The translations under genes and the position numbers were made by a program. DNA of 64,000 nt from contig NC_057749.1 of NCBI RefSeq assembly GCF_004010195.1, positions 19,859,570-19,923,569 on the forward strand, in the 5' to 3' direction. Position 1 is the stretch's first letter, and each line of letters opens with the position of its first letter. The DNA comes from Chiloscyllium plagiosum (Eukaryota). The notes beneath the pieces were generated by a model. The model saw nothing but the letters and a program-made list of their open reading frames with translations. It was not told the origin of the DNA and ran no database searches. This document shows positions 35,670 to 49,500 of the stretch, piece after piece.

Positions 35670-38530
35670 GCTGTGGAGCAGTCAGTCAATCCCACACTAA
35701 ATTAATTCCACCTGCCTGCACTTGGCCCTTATCTCTCTAAACATAACTTATTCAATACTTCTAAATGTTGTCACTACTTGCGTTCACCACTTTCTCTGGA
35801 AGTTCATTCCACACATGAACCACTTTATTTTCAAAATGTTGCCCTTTGTCTTAAATCTTTCTCCTCTCTCCTCAAATGCCCCTTAATCTTGATCTCCTCC
35901 AGTAAGGAGAAGGCAGTTGCCATTCACCTTTTCTATAACTCAGAATTTTATGAACCTTGAAGGTCACCCTTCAACCTCCTATGCTCCAATGAAAAGTCCT
36001 AGCCTCTCCTTAATGGTTCTTGCTGTCCATTCCCTGCAACATTCTAGCAAATCTCTTCTGAACCTTCTGCAGCAGAGTAATATCCTTCCTATAACAGCGC
36101 AACCAGAACTGTGCACAGTACTCCAGAAGTGACTTCACCAATGTCTTGTACACCCTCAACATAATGCCCCAACTCATGCACTCAAAGGTCTGAGCAATGA
36201 AGTCAAGCATGCTAAACACTGCCTTAACCACCTTATCCAAATGTGATCAAACTTCTCAACTTTGTATCTGAGCCCCTAGATCTCTGTGCAACAATGTCTA
36301 AGGGTGTATGAGCCTTTCATTTGCATTTTGGCAAAATAAACAATACTTGTTTATCCAAAGTAAACTTTATCTGCCACTCCTCACCCACTGATCCAATTGG
36401 TCAAGAGAGATTTGTCATCTTGGATAACCTTCACAGTCCACTGTGCTACAATATTGGTGTCATCAGCAAATTTACAAACTATGCCACCTATATTCTCACC
36501 TAAATCACTTTTATAAATGGACAGACAGAAGTGCACCCAGCATCAATTAGTGTAGAACACTGGTCATAAGCCTCCAGTTTGAAAACAATCCTCCTCCATC
36601 ATTCTCCTAATAAGCCAGTTTTGTTTCCAGTTGGCAAGCTCACCCTGAATCCATGTGATGTAACTTGCGTCTGTGGCTCTATCCTCATCAATCTAGTTAT
36701 TCCTCAAACATGTTTGAGGATATTTCTTGCCTTCAAAACCGTGCTGACCATCCATAATCTGTTCTTGCCTTGGCAAAAGTCTAAAAATCCTATCTTTAGA
36801 TTCCCTTCCAACAACTTGCTCACCACGAAGTCAGGCTCATGGGTCTCTCGTTCCCAGGCTTCTCCTTGCATTCCTTTATTTAAAAAAAAAAGGCACAATA
36901 TTAGCCACTCTCCCCAGTCATCAGGGACCTCACCTGTAATTAAAATGAAACATTTTTAGAAGGGATCTTGTAATTTCCTCTTATACTCCATTTTTCTGAT
37001 ACATTAGACCAGGTCCTGGAGATTTATCCATCTTTATATTCTAAGACCTCCTGAACTTCTGCAATGCAAACTGTTTTTAAAACATTATTTTTCTGCATTC
37101 TCCTGACTCCATTTCATTCTACACAGTAAAAACTGCAAACTATTTATTTTAGTATCTGTCTCATCTCCTGGGGTTCAACACAAAGACAACATCCTTAATC
37201 GTTAAGTCCTATCCTCTCTCTAGTTACCTTTTTATTCTTGATGTATTTGCAGTATGTCTTTGGATTATCCATAACCTTATCTGCCAATGCTATCTCGTAT
37301 CCCCTCTTTACCTTCCTGATTTCTCTTAAGGATGCCCCTACAGTCTTTATATTGATTTTTAAGAGATTCAGTTGAACCAAGTTGTCTGCATCTAAAGTAA
37401 GATTCTCTTTTATTCTTAACAAGAACCTCCCATATATTTATTCATCCATTGTTCCTTAATCTTACTAGCTTTACTCTTCACTCTTAACAGGAACAAAATG
37501 CCCCTGAACACTCATTACATTCTTGAATGCCTCCCACTTGTAGGATGTTCTTTTACCTGCACAATATACTCCAATTACCAATTTGGCCTTACTCCAATTA
37601 AAAAAACTTAATTTTTATGGAAGGCTTGTCCTTCTCTATAGCTTAAAACAAACAGAATTCTGATCACAACCCAAAGTGTGCCCCTGCTGTCACTTCAGTC
37701 ATTGCTGTTATTACCCAAGAAAAGATAGTCTTGCTCCTTCTCCAGTAGGAACATTTTATGTATTGAGAATTTTCTTGAATGCCCTTGAAGGTTTGGATGG
37801 TGAAGAATTTAACACTGGTTGTCCCAGTCAGTATTTGGAAAACGAAAATCACCTATTAACCTTATTATTCTTACATGCATCTGAGATCTTGCTACATATT
37901 TGTTACTCTTTTCCTCTGATCAGCAAGTCTGCAGTACAAACCTACCTAGGTGTCATTTCCCTTTTTATTTCTAAATTCCACCCATATTTTCAAAATGATT
38001 TTTCAGAAATATCTTTAGTTACAGAAGTAATACTTCAAAAATGCCACTTCTCCCCCCCTTTACCTCTTTTTTTTCTATCCTACCTATAAGCATCTGAAAC
38101 CAGGAACATTTGAACTGCCAGTTCTGTCCATCCCTCAGCCAAGTTTCTATAATAGCTATGATGTCCCAAACCCACGTTCCCAAATATGCTGAGTTCACCA
38201 GCCTTGCCTGTAAGACCCCTTGCATCAAAAATGCAGTTCAAATCTTCAGTCACTCTGTTCTATGACTTGCTCTGTCTCTAACTTTTCAGATTTAATCCCC
38301 ATCTCCTGTATTTTTCTAGTTACTTTAAGATCTGTCCACCTCCTCTCCTCTTTAATAGTTCTATAGTCTCCCTTAATAGAATTAGCAAATCTTCCTGCTA
38401 GGATATTTGTCCCTTTCCAATATGTAAAACCCATCCTCTTCGAGCAGAAATCCTAATGATTCAAGAACCCTGAACATTGCACTATTTGTTCAGCTGTTGC
38501 TTATCTCCTTTTAATCCTCTTTATTCTTTT
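35670..38530 (-). mobile_element. Degraded long CR1 LINE (endonuclease to 3' end)
   Basis: WDIIAIIETWLRDGQNWQ (APE), REIRKVKRGYEIALADKVMDNPK and VYKTLVKSLLEYCAQFW. Confidence 0.85.
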
Positions 38531-40367
38531 CCTCATTTGAGTTTGGCACCAGAGATTACTACTTTTGAGGTTCTGTTTTTAATCTTCTATCTAACCTCTT
38601 GTATTCACTAAAGCCTTAATCTGTTCCTTTAATTGTCATTCCTACTAATGTGTTCAATAGCTCCTGCTCTCCTTTAGCAAAATACTTTACATGCTGAGAC
38701 TTAATCCTAGCACCAGGAAAGGCACATACTATTGTAGATTCATGTTCTCTGCTGCTGAATCTCTGGCTATGCCCTTAACAGGAGACTCCCTACAACAATT
38801 AAACTTTGGCAGACCCCACCTAATGCAAGGTTCTTAATTAATACCCAAAATGTGACTTTCTATCTTCCGCCGATTTATTCTTTTCAACAGTACCCAAAAT
38901 ACATACATGTTTGAGTAGCCAGACTTTTGATTAACATCTTGCCTTTCCTAAGTGATTCTTCTGATTGTTTCTTGTATGGCCTCAATGTCACTAATGCTAA
39001 AAAGAGCCAGCTTAGAATATCAATTACATATAAAATAAACTGCCTTTACAAGAGTTAATATCTCTCGAGCACAAATCTTGATCAAAATGAACCATGTAGC
39101 TAAACAATCAAATTTTAAGTGAAGATTCTTGACATGGTCCAGCAGATAGCTTTCAACCTTCAGATTATTAAACTCTCTCTACAGAGCTGTCCACATATAG
39201 GCCTCTCCCAAACCTAAACTTTTTAAAATTTAAAACATGGAGTTCAGTTTTTTAAATGCGGTGCTTGGGGCTGATCAGCTATGATCTTGAATGGTAGAGT
39301 AGATTTGAAGTGCTGAGTGGCCTACTCTTATTTCTTTTATGTTGAAACAGACCTTTATCTGCAAGTACACACCGTTCTTGAACCCAGGTTATTGTTGCCA
39401 ATAACATTGGGTTACTGGTCTTGTAAATTAGTTGTTACATTATTTGGAGGCATGAAATTCAAATCCCATCACACTTCTAATGGCAGATTGGAATTAAAAT
39501 CATTTATCAAGATGAATACTTTTTTGTAACTTTGAATTCAGATCAGTGTATGTGATTTGGCTTTGTTTGCTAGCCCACTGAGGGCTGCTTAATTGGCCAG
39601 TAATACCCACATCCTGTAAGCTTTTAAACTCCAAATGGTCTTCAGTATCTCTAGCCTAGTGGTAAGGAAGGGAGTTAACTTGTGTCATTACACTTGAACA
39701 CGTTTACCAAGTAAATTCCTTTAAGTCCAAAGTATGGACACTGCTTTTCAAATTTTTTTTGACTCCAGTATTTGAGTTGATAATAGAGGCTGCAGACCTG
39801 AATTGGAGGCGATTCATTCATAATAGCAAATAAGTTTCTTGGTTGGCCTTTACTTTTGTATCCAGTTCATGCTTGACTCAAATAATCAGTCCTGAAGATA
39901 GCAATATCTCCTTTATAGGAAGCATGAAGGGCAATAATATACTTCGCTTTGAAAAAATTAAGACCAGAATATGCCAAAAAACCTGTTCTTTGGAAAGTAA
40001 CAAATTACTAGAGATGCTCAAGTTGGACAGTCTGGACAAACAACATTTTTTTTTGGATCAGTGATTTTTGGACTGAAACTGTTGCATGTTAAGCCAGTAC
40101 AGAGGCAAGGAAATGGGAGGACAATGATACAGGAGGGACACTGCTTACGTGATGGGTTATTAACAATGCATCACTTGCTTTTGAAATCAGCTCATTGCTC
40201 AATCAATTTGGGGTTTGCCAGGACTACTTGCCTCCTGACCTCACTGCAGCTCTGCTCCAAGCATCGACAAGGATTGAATTAGAGGTCAGATGAAAGTGCC
40301 TGCCTTTGACATCCAGGCAGCATTTTTGAGGATGACTCCTTCAGGAAACCAGGATCTAGAAATAAGC

Positions 40368-40478
40368 AAAAGTGAGGACTGCAGATGCTGGAGATTAATT
40401 TGCTGAAAAAGCACAGCAGGTTCGGCAGCATCAAGGAGCAGGAGAGTTGACATTTTGGACAAAAGCCATTCATCAAAA
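40368..40478 (-). mobile_element. Solo PLE terminal-repeat fragment with a decayed hammerhead
   Basis: aaagtgaggactgcagatgctggagat…gcagcatcaaggagcaggagagttgacattttggacaaaagccattcatca. Confidence 0.8.
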
Positions 40479-40959
40479 GTCTGGGTAAAGATTAAGAGTT
40501 AGCACAAGTGCCTTACCATGTGGTTACACTCTCTCAAAAGCAATAATGGGACCAAGTAGAGTATAGCAATTGGATGGAGAGTTATCTACTTCTAGGTGTT
40601 TGGGGGAGGGAAAGTGAGTGTAGAGAGTCAGTCTCAAATTACTGTTTTCAGCATTTCTTAAACCAGCATCTCTCTGGCAATAACCAGACAGCAGGCTACT
40701 CTAGACCTAGTTTTAACTAGCCTAATCACTGATCTCAGCATCTGTGTACGTAGCAGTGATCCTTAAATTTAAACCAATTTTAAGAAGCTTAGTGAGTGCA
40801 GCACTTTTTAAATGGCAACTTAGGTCATGCTAGTGAAAGTGATCTCTTCTATTAAGAGACCAGTTGAGATGCAGTGGTAAACAAGACAAACATTCAGAGG
40901 GATTTCCCCATTTTAACAGGTTACAGAAATTGCTGGTTGGGGACCATATGTTACCTATG

Positions 40960-41370
40960 AAGGTGAAGAATTTCCTCTTTAAACCCCACAGTCTAAATGT
41001 AGGCAGACCCACGTGGTAAATTGCTCAGAGGGCAACTTGCAGGTGTTGGTATTCCCAAGGATTTGCTGCCCTTGTCCTAAATGGAACTAGTTGTGGGTTT
41101 GAAAGGTCCCTTGGTGAATTTCTGCATTGCATCTTGTAGATGTTGCATACTGCTACTGAGCATTGGAGGGAGTGGATGGTTGTGGATGTGGTGCCAGTGG
41201 CTGCTTTGTCCTAGATGGTTTACTTTTTGGAGCTGCACCCATCTAAACAAGTAAGGAATATTCCATCACACTCCTGAATTGTACCCTCTTTTTGGTGGAC
41301 AGGTTTGATCAATCAGGAGTTCATACTCACTACAGAATTCCTAGTCTCTGACCTGCTGTTGTGACTATTT
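40960..41370 (-). mobile_element. Probable L2-clade LINE fragment, resuming at about 44240-44430 after the CR1 insertion
   Basis: gttggtattcccaagg…tgctgcccttgtcct…gcatcttgtagatg resembles L2 3' regions from memory; no ORF support. Confidence 0.45.
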
Positions 41371-41372
41371 TG

Positions 41373-44235
41373 TAGAACACAGAACAGGCCCTTCAGCCCA
41401 CGATATTGTGCCGACCACTGATCCTCATGGGAGGTAAACCTAATGTACGAACTCTCAAATTTGTGACCATATACATGTCCAGCAGTCTCTTAAATATCCC
41501 CAATGACCTCCCTTCCACAACTGCTGGCAACTCATTCCATGCTCTCTGCATAAAGAACCTGCCTCTGACATCCCCTCTATACTTTCCACCAAACAGCTTA
41601 AAACTATGACCCCCTTGTGTTAACAATTTCTGCCCTGGGAAAAAGTTTCTGGCTATTAACTCTATGCCTCTCATTATCTTGTACACCTCCATTTAGGTCC
41701 CCTCTCCTTCCTTTTTTCCCGATGAAAAACGTCCGAGCTCAGTCAATCTCTTAAGATAAGCAATCCATTCCAGGCAGCATCCTGGTAAACCTCCTGTAAA
41801 CACTCTCTCTCTCTCCAAAGCATCCACATCTTTCCTACAGTAGGGCGACCAGAACTGAACATAGTATTCCAAGTGCGGTCTAACCAAAGTTTTAGAGCTG
41901 CAGCAAGTTCTCACGGCTCTTACTCAATCCCCCTGTTAATGAAAGCCAAAACACCATCTGCTTTCTTAACCCTGTCCACCTGGGTGGCAATTTTAAGGGA
42001 TCTATGTACCTGCACACCAAGATCCCTCTGTTCCTCCACACTGCCAAGAATCCTGTCTTTAATCCTGTAATCAACTTTCAAGTTCGACCTTCCAAAATGC
42101 ATCACTTCACGTTTATCCAGGTTGAACTCCATCTGCCACCTCTCAGCCCATCTCTGCATCCTGTCAATGTCACGCTGCAGCCTACAACAGCCCTCTATAC
42201 TGTCAACGACACTCCAACCTTTGTCGTCTGCAAACTTGCTGACCCATCCTTCAATCTCCTCATCCAAGTCATTAATAAAAATTACAAAGAGTAGAGGCCC
42301 AAGAACAGAGCCCTGTGGAACACCACTTACCACCGACTTCCAGGCAGAATATTTTCCTTCCTCGACCACTCGGTGTCTTCTGTCGATCAGCCAATTCTGT
42401 ATCCAGACAGCTAAATTTCTTTGTATTCCATTCCTCCTGGTCTTCTGAACAAGCCTATCATGGGGAACCTTATCAAATGCCTTGCTGAAGTCCATATACA
42501 CCACATCCTCCACTCGACCCTCATCAACTTGTCTAGTAACATCCTCAAAGAACTCGAAGATTTGTGAGGCGTGACCTGCCCCTCACAAAGCCGTGCTGAC
42601 TGCCTTTAATCAAGCCAGATGGTCATAAATCCTATCCCTCAGAATCCTTTCTAACACCTTGCAGACGACAGACGTGAGACTGACTGGTCTGTAATTGCTG
42701 GGGATTTCCCTATTTCCTTTCTTGAAGAAAAGAACTACATTTGCCTCCTTCCAGTGCTCAGGTACAACTCCGGTGAAGAGCGAGGATGCAAAGATCTTCA
42801 AGCAGCAAAGCAATCCCATTTCTTGCTTCCCAAAGCAGCCGAGGACAAATCTGGTCTGGCCCTGGCAACTTGTCAATCTTTAATGTTTGTCAAAATTTTC
42901 AATACCATCTTCCTCAATCTCTGTTCCAGCATACTTACCTGCTCCTCAATGGTTTCATTCGCTACAAAGTCCTTTTCTTTCGTAAAGAGACAAGCAAAAA
43001 ACTCATTTAGGGCTTCCCCTATCTCCTTAGACTCTATATACACACACATGTTCCCTATGCTATCCCTGATCGGCCCTACTCTCTCTTTGATCATTCACTT
43101 ATTCCTCACTAAAATGCCTTTGGATTTTTCCTGCCAAGCCTTTTTCATGCCCCGTCCTTGCTCTCCTCAGACCATTTTTGAGCTCCTTCTTCGCCTGCCT
43201 GTAATCCTCCAGAGCTGAGCAAGACTCTTGCTTCCTCCACCTTGCGTAAGCTGCCTTCTTTTGACAAGAAGCTCCTCTGCTCTCGTCATCCAAGGTTCCT
43301 TTATCTTACCCCTTGCCTTTCTCCGAGGAACACATTTGTGCATCACTCGCAACAACTGTTCCTTAAACAGTCTCCATGTTCCATGGAAAAGCACTATAGA
43401 GAATTGCTCCCAGTCCATGCTTCCCAACACTAGTCTGATAGTATCATAGTTTCCTTTTCCCCAATTAAATATGCTCCCATTGTGCCTGTTTCTCTCCTTC
43501 TCCATAGCTATGTAGAATGTGAGGCAGTTGTGGTCACTATCACCAAAATGCTCTCCCACAGCAAGATCTGATACCTGCCCCGGCTCATTGCTGAGCACCA
43601 AATCCAAAATGGCCTCTCCCCTTGTCAGCCTGTCAACCTACTGAGTTAGGAAACCCTCCTGAAGACTTTACAAAAACAGCTCCTTCCAAACCATCTGCTC
43701 GAAGGAGGTTTCAATCAATATTGGGAAAGCTAATCGCCCATTACAACACTACTACATTCTCACTTTTCCAAAATCTGCCCACCTATGATTTCTTCAATTT
43801 CCCTGCTGCTATTGGGCCTGTAGTAAACCCCTGACGAGGGGACTGCTCCCTTACTGTTCCTAATTTCCACCCATACTGACTCAGTAGGCAGACCCTCCTT
43901 GAAAATGTAGCTGTGATACTCTCTCTGATTAGCAGTGCTACACCCCTTCTTCTCCTCCCCCTCCCTATTCTTTTTCATGTTCTAAACCTTGGGACATCCA
44001 GCAACCATTCCTGCCCCTGAGAAACCCACGTCTGTTATGGCCACAGCATCATAGCACCAGGTACTGATTATTGCTCTAAGCTCATCACTTTTATTCCTGA
44101 TACTCCTTGCGTTAAAGCAAACCCCCTTTAACCGGTCCCTTGGTTCTTTCCCAGGAAATTCCTTCCCACTGGCTGCTACCTCTTGCTATTGCCTCATCTC
44201 CAACTCTCTCTCCACCAGTATATAGCTCAGTTTCC
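41373..44235 (-). mobile_element. CR1 LINE with nearly complete, frameshifted ORF2 (APE plus RT)
   Basis: TESVWVEIRNSKG…GVYYRPNSS, DLVLSNEPGQV…EHFGDSDHN, NYRPVSLTSVVCKVLE and YMDFSKAFDKVPH…GVPQGSVLGPLLFVIFINDL…FADD; AGAAC-type tail at 41373. Confidence 0.95.
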
Positions 44236-44738
44236 AGGTATATATGTTCAGCCCAGTTGAGTTTGGGGTCCATGGTAACTTGCAGGATGTTAGTGGAATT
44301 TAGTAATATACTTTGAATGTGAAGGGATGGTTAGATCCTTATTTGGAGATGGTCATTGTGTGACCTTTTGTGGCATGACTGTTACCCCTTTTTCAACCTA
44401 ACCTGAAGGGATATTCCAGCAAGTGCAGAATAGATTCCAAAATCCAGTAAGAAACAATTTTTTTTTCCTATCTGCTCCATGTATTTGAATACTTTAGTTA
44501 TTGATGTCCTTGAAGGAGAGCAGTTCCAGCTTCAACTTCCAGGAGAATTCCAGAACCAGGGGTCATCTCTTTAAGACTAAATCAGTTTTTTGATGGTAGA
44601 GTCTTTTAAGCTTTCTACCTCTTAAATATTCTGGGATTCTGTTTCTTTCTGTTTTTAGGAATTTAAGTAGATTCTTGGTAAGCAAGCAGTGAAATGTTGG
44701 TAGGGGAGTGTGGTTTGGAGCTTAAGATCAGCCATGAT

Positions 44739-45056
44739 CTTTTTTTAGATTAGATTACTTAGTGTGGAAGCAGGCCCTTCGGCCCAACAAGTTCCATCTT
44801 GTTGGGCCGCAGCGCAGCCCATCCATACCCCTACATCTACCCCTTACCTAACACTACGGGCAATTTAGCATGGCCAATTCACCTGACCTGCACATCTTTG
44901 GACTGTGGGAGGAAACCGGAGCACCCGGAGGAAACCCACACAGACACAGGGAGAATGTGCAAACTCCACACAGTCAGTCGCCTGAGGCGGGAATTGAACC
45001 CAGGTCTCTGGTGCTGTGAGGCAGCAGTGCTAACCACAGTGCCACCGTGCCGCCCA
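44739..45056 (-). mobile_element. HE1 SINE, full length, inserted in an old CR1 3' end
   Basis: T and (GATTA) tail at 44739-44757; head ends gccaccgtgccgccca. It interrupts gatcagccatgatct|tactgaaaggcag. Confidence 0.95.
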
Positions 45057-45089
45057 CTATTCTGCCTTTCTTACTGAAAGGCAGAATAG
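45057..45089. repeat. Perfect 14-bp hairpin with a 5-nt loop at the SINE 5' junction
   Basis: ctattctgcctttc ttact gaaaggcagaatag. Confidence 0.95.
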
Positions 45090-46229
45090 GTTTGAGGCAG
45101 CATGAACTTCTGCTTGTTCATTGTCCTCCTCCCCAAATCATTCTTTTCAAGTGTACAGTTCTAGGTGTCACTAACTCCACCTGAGGTCCAATCAGTACCT
45201 TATTCAATTTCAGCATATTGAAGTCCATGGAAGCCAAGGAAGTAGATGCTGCTTCTGGAGGAGATTGTTATGCTGGAGAAAAACTAAAACTATCTGGCTG
45301 CTCAAGTGAATTTGGAGGCCATGAAGGTTAATGACATTGTCTCTGAGCTTTGCTTAAGATTGGATCATATGATCCAGTGGAAGGATTGCCTGACATTCTC
45401 TCTATTCAAAGCACATTCTGGTTAGTTCACCAGACATCTGTCAGCACAATCAAAAGCATTTGGTAGGCTTGTATCTGTGCTAATTTGATTAAGCTTATGG
45501 ATATTTTAATTTGCTCAACCTGTTGAGATGTTACTATCTTGGGCCCCCTGGTCCAGAGGTGAAGACACTGCACTACACCTTGTCTCCTTACTGATTTTGT
45601 TTAATCGAGCCATCCTCTTGTGCAAAAGATTTTCTAATCGACCTGTTGAGAAACATTGCTATGCACTTCAGGGCAAGTGGAACTTGAACCTGTGCCTCCT
45701 GGATCAGAGGTAGAGATGCTACCGCTACCACAAGGGCTCCCTGGTGCTGTCTTGAATATTTCCCTTTGCCACAGCTCAAAGCTAACTGCTGTAATCCTGT
45801 ATGGGGACTTGGTAGTAACAGTTGCTCCATGTCAGAATCGCCCAATGCTTATTGCTTGTATCTGTGGTCTGGAATATTAACTTGTAATTTTCATGAAAGT
45901 GTCTCAATCTGATGCAATAGAATTGCAAGTTAGGTTGGACAGTATTTTAACAAAATTCCACTTGCCCACTGAGATGGGCCACAAGCAATTGGTTATATGG
46001 AAGCTTCTGCCTCTGCTTGTCTCATCTCTTCCCCACCCTAGTGACTAGAGGATGCTTTGTCACATGGCTTCCTCAATTCTGAACAAAACTGAAGGTGGTC
46101 CTGATAGAAACATGTCAAAGAACTGTTTCAACCCTGATCACATTTTAGTTTACAGGTACAATGATTAAAAACTAACTCTGCTCACTGCTGCCAAGAACAG
46201 TCCTGACCTGTCCAGGCATAGTCTCCAAG

Positions 46230-46500
46230 TTACTGTCTTCTTTCTTCCTTCCTCTTTCCTATTTTTCCCCCTCCCTCCCCAAAAGTGTTTCCCTGGAGTT
46301 CTACACAGGTGTACCCTGAACCACCACTGTCCTGTATAGGGCAGAGGTGGAACTTGTTAAAATGTTGCAGTAAAAGGTGTGCGTGTGTGCGATTTGGAGA
46401 CGTGCCCCACGCAGGCGGCGGCTGTCTGGCTACATGGCGGGGGGGTCTTGCATGCAGTGTGCCACTGCCTTGTCTCCTGAACAGGGAGCAGACATCACAG
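46230..46500. promoter_or_regulatory. Isolated non-repetitive GC/CpG-rich patch (candidate intronic enhancer or alternative promoter)
   Basis: Seven CpGs within about 60 bp (46381-46440), a YY1-like ACATGGCGG motif, and a preceding 50-nt polypyrimidine tract; no resemblance to the window's repeat families. Confidence 0.4.
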
Positions 46501-49500
46501 AATGGAATCCCAGAAATCAATTAAGTGAATAATCAATTATCCAAACAAAATAGTGTCTGCCCATCTCATTCAGATAAGAGGTTCCTCTGTATTTGAAATG
46601 GCAATTGAAGCCTTACTCTTAAGAGGGGCCAAAGGCTTTTATCCTAAGCTTCAAATAATTGACATAACTAATACATGAATTTGCAAAATTATGCAGCAAT
46701 AATGGATTTTTGAGAAGGCACTGGCTAGCTTGCAGTTGAGTTGTAGACAATCCACCCACCACACCATTCCAGATGACTAATTTCAGCTGTAGATGTCATT
46801 TCAAAGGATTCCAGATGGTGCACCTTGGTTAGTTTGTTTTTGAAGTTATTGCTAACCAATCTTGACTCTTGATTTCAATCTCTTTTTTTTTTATTTTGTA
46901 TATTTGTGTTGGCTATTTGGAATGTTTGTCCAAAGTGTGAAATGGTTTAACATTGGAGTCCATAATTGCATTTTTTCACTCAAATCAATCTTTCAAGTAA
47001 AAGGGGAAAATTAAAATCTCCACCTGCTTAGACATGAGTGGGAGGAAGTTTTGTAAAAATGCAGTTTGTCCATAACATTCTATCTTGCTAATGTTGAGAC
47101 ATGGCTTCAATAAGACAGTCACATTCAGTAACTGTAGAGCAGAGTTCTGCCTGGCTAGTATATCAGATAGCTCCTGTAGGATTCCCTGGGTCTTGTTGCA
47201 CAGTGTTTTCACTTCATTTGAAGCTCATCCAGTACATTTGATCACTCTTGCCATTGGATTTAATATGTTTAAACTGTTGCAACCAGTACAATGGCTTAAC
47301 TAATAGTTTGGAAGTTACAATACTATCCTCCCTGTAAGGATAATGGCAACAATTTTGAAAAAGCACTTCCTGCAAATGGCATGGAGTTTTGTGGTAACGT
47401 TTGTTGTCTCAGGATTGTGAATTCACCAATCTAGTGTTTTTCCCTGGCTGCATGTGATCGAGTGTAAAATGATTAAATGCTTAATTGGAAGAATTAGTCC
47501 CCACAAAGTCATTTTCAAGTTCCTTTCTGGACATAACAGGAGCAAGTAACATTATAGGTGTTGTCACTTTTAAAATATGAATTAATAATCTAGATTTTGC
47601 AAATGTGAAAGGAAAGATTTTTCTGACTCTTGGAGGGGAAGTCAGAGTCCAAGCAGAAACCCCAAATTTGGTCTTTCACAAATCAAATAATAGCCCCTCT
47701 ACCTCCAATAAACTGAGTGGAGTCTACAGCCAACTTGTTAATGCCCCTTCCACCATTGTCTTACCCAGTTATTGACTGGGCCACTGGCTACATGGCAAAT
47801 CCAGGAAGCCATGTCTTTTAAGTACAGTTTCTGGGTGTCTGTCCTGAGTTTGTCACCTGTACTCACATAAGGAGCACAGTGAAGTATACAGTGTCTCTTT
47901 ACAGCCACGTTTGCATTTTTAGATGTTAGCTTTCTCCGATTCTGCTGTATCCTTGAACTCTTGTTAGCAATCATTGGTCTCTCATTAGGTTATTAATCAT
48001 ACACTTTAACCTCTGAATATTGTCACCTTTTTATCAGGCTATTCTTTGTCCTGGCTTGTCAAATGATCATTTGGGGGGGGTTGTACAGTGAAAATGCTGT
48101 TCTAAACCATGGCAGAAAAGCTTTATTTTCTACCTAGATACATTGCTGTAAAACCAACTACCATATACTCTAGTAATAGTTAAATTCAACTTTTTTAAAT
48201 AGTCAAAAGATTAATGGGGTTGACCATTAAATGAATCGTATTGTGGCTGAATTAATGCCTGTCAAAATTCACTATCATATTAGCAGAGATCTAATTTACT
48301 TTAATGAACAGAGAAAAGAACAATGAATTTCAGTGGTTCTGAAAACCGTACAATGGCCAGTGGACTGGAGGACAGTGGGACAACTGGTGCACTGACACAA
48401 ATCTATGAACTCGTGTTGACTTGAGTTGCGTGGAAAAGGCCATATTTTTGGCCAAAAATAGGGGGTTGACTTGTGCTATTACAGGAGTATAGAGTGTATT
48501 TAAAACAGCTGTATATATGATAAAACAGTAATCGGTCTTGGTGTAACACTCAGAATAAAAATCATTGTTCCTTTTTAATTTTAACCTTGCTTTTGATTAA
48601 GTTTTCCTACAGGTGCTAAATTGGTGAACGGCTTATGAGCTGCAGCTATGTAAAAGATCACATAGCACTAAAGAACAAAGTTTGGTGTCCCTCAACCAAA
48701 TTGTGGTTTTAAAAAAAAAATCTGGTCACGACTCTCATAAAAAGTTGTTCCTTTACAAGTTGCTGTCATGTTTCCGACTTAGTGTTTTGTAAATCAGTTG
48801 GTCTGTTCTGAGCTTGTGGAGGATATTGTTTTTAAGTGCAGGACTTACCCCAAATTGAACAAATGCATGTCAACCTGGGTTGTTAGATAACTTCAATTTT
48901 GCAAATCCCTTGGATAAAGGATTGTAAAGTCGGTTGAGGATGGATTTGTTTCAAAGGCATAATGAAAACAATGAAATTATTAATGCAGTCTTTATTTGAC
49001 TGCAGTCAAAATTTAGAGCAATTTTTCTTAATGTTTTTTGGATATTGTATTGAATTTAGTGTAACCAACAGTCTAGTATCTTTCAAGCTTGGTACTTATT
49101 ATTAATTGCCCCATAACTCCTTAGTTCAATTGTAATGTTCGTCCATTGCACAACCTTGTTGCTGAAGTGGGTTCAGACTGTTGGCACAAATATGTATACT
49201 TCATCTCCTCCTCAGTTGGATGCACAAAATTCTACTGCCTTTGAAATGAATGTAATCTTCCTGGTATCCTGGCCTAATATACCTCAAATAGCCTACATGA
49301 ATGAAGCTATGATTTTATTTGCAGGACTGTGTGCAAATTTGTCCTCCTCTATTTTACTAGCTGCAAACAGCTTTGGGACATTTTTGAGGATGTGAAGTTC
49401 ATGTCTCCTTACTTGCCTCCAGAACACTTGCAAGCCACAAGAAAGACACTGGAATGGCACTAGCCTATCAGAGTTGGTACAGATATAGATGCTGAGGATG

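Noticed and set aside
41920..42513. 197-aa reverse transcriptase ORF
   Set aside because: Part of a frameshifted CR1 ORF2, neither a host gene nor an active element.
48400..48500. Possible Tc1/pogo-type MITE terminus (ggggttgactt…gagtata), with a faint similar stretch near 5420-5470
   Set aside because: Too degraded; no matching partner TIR or TA TSD could be established.
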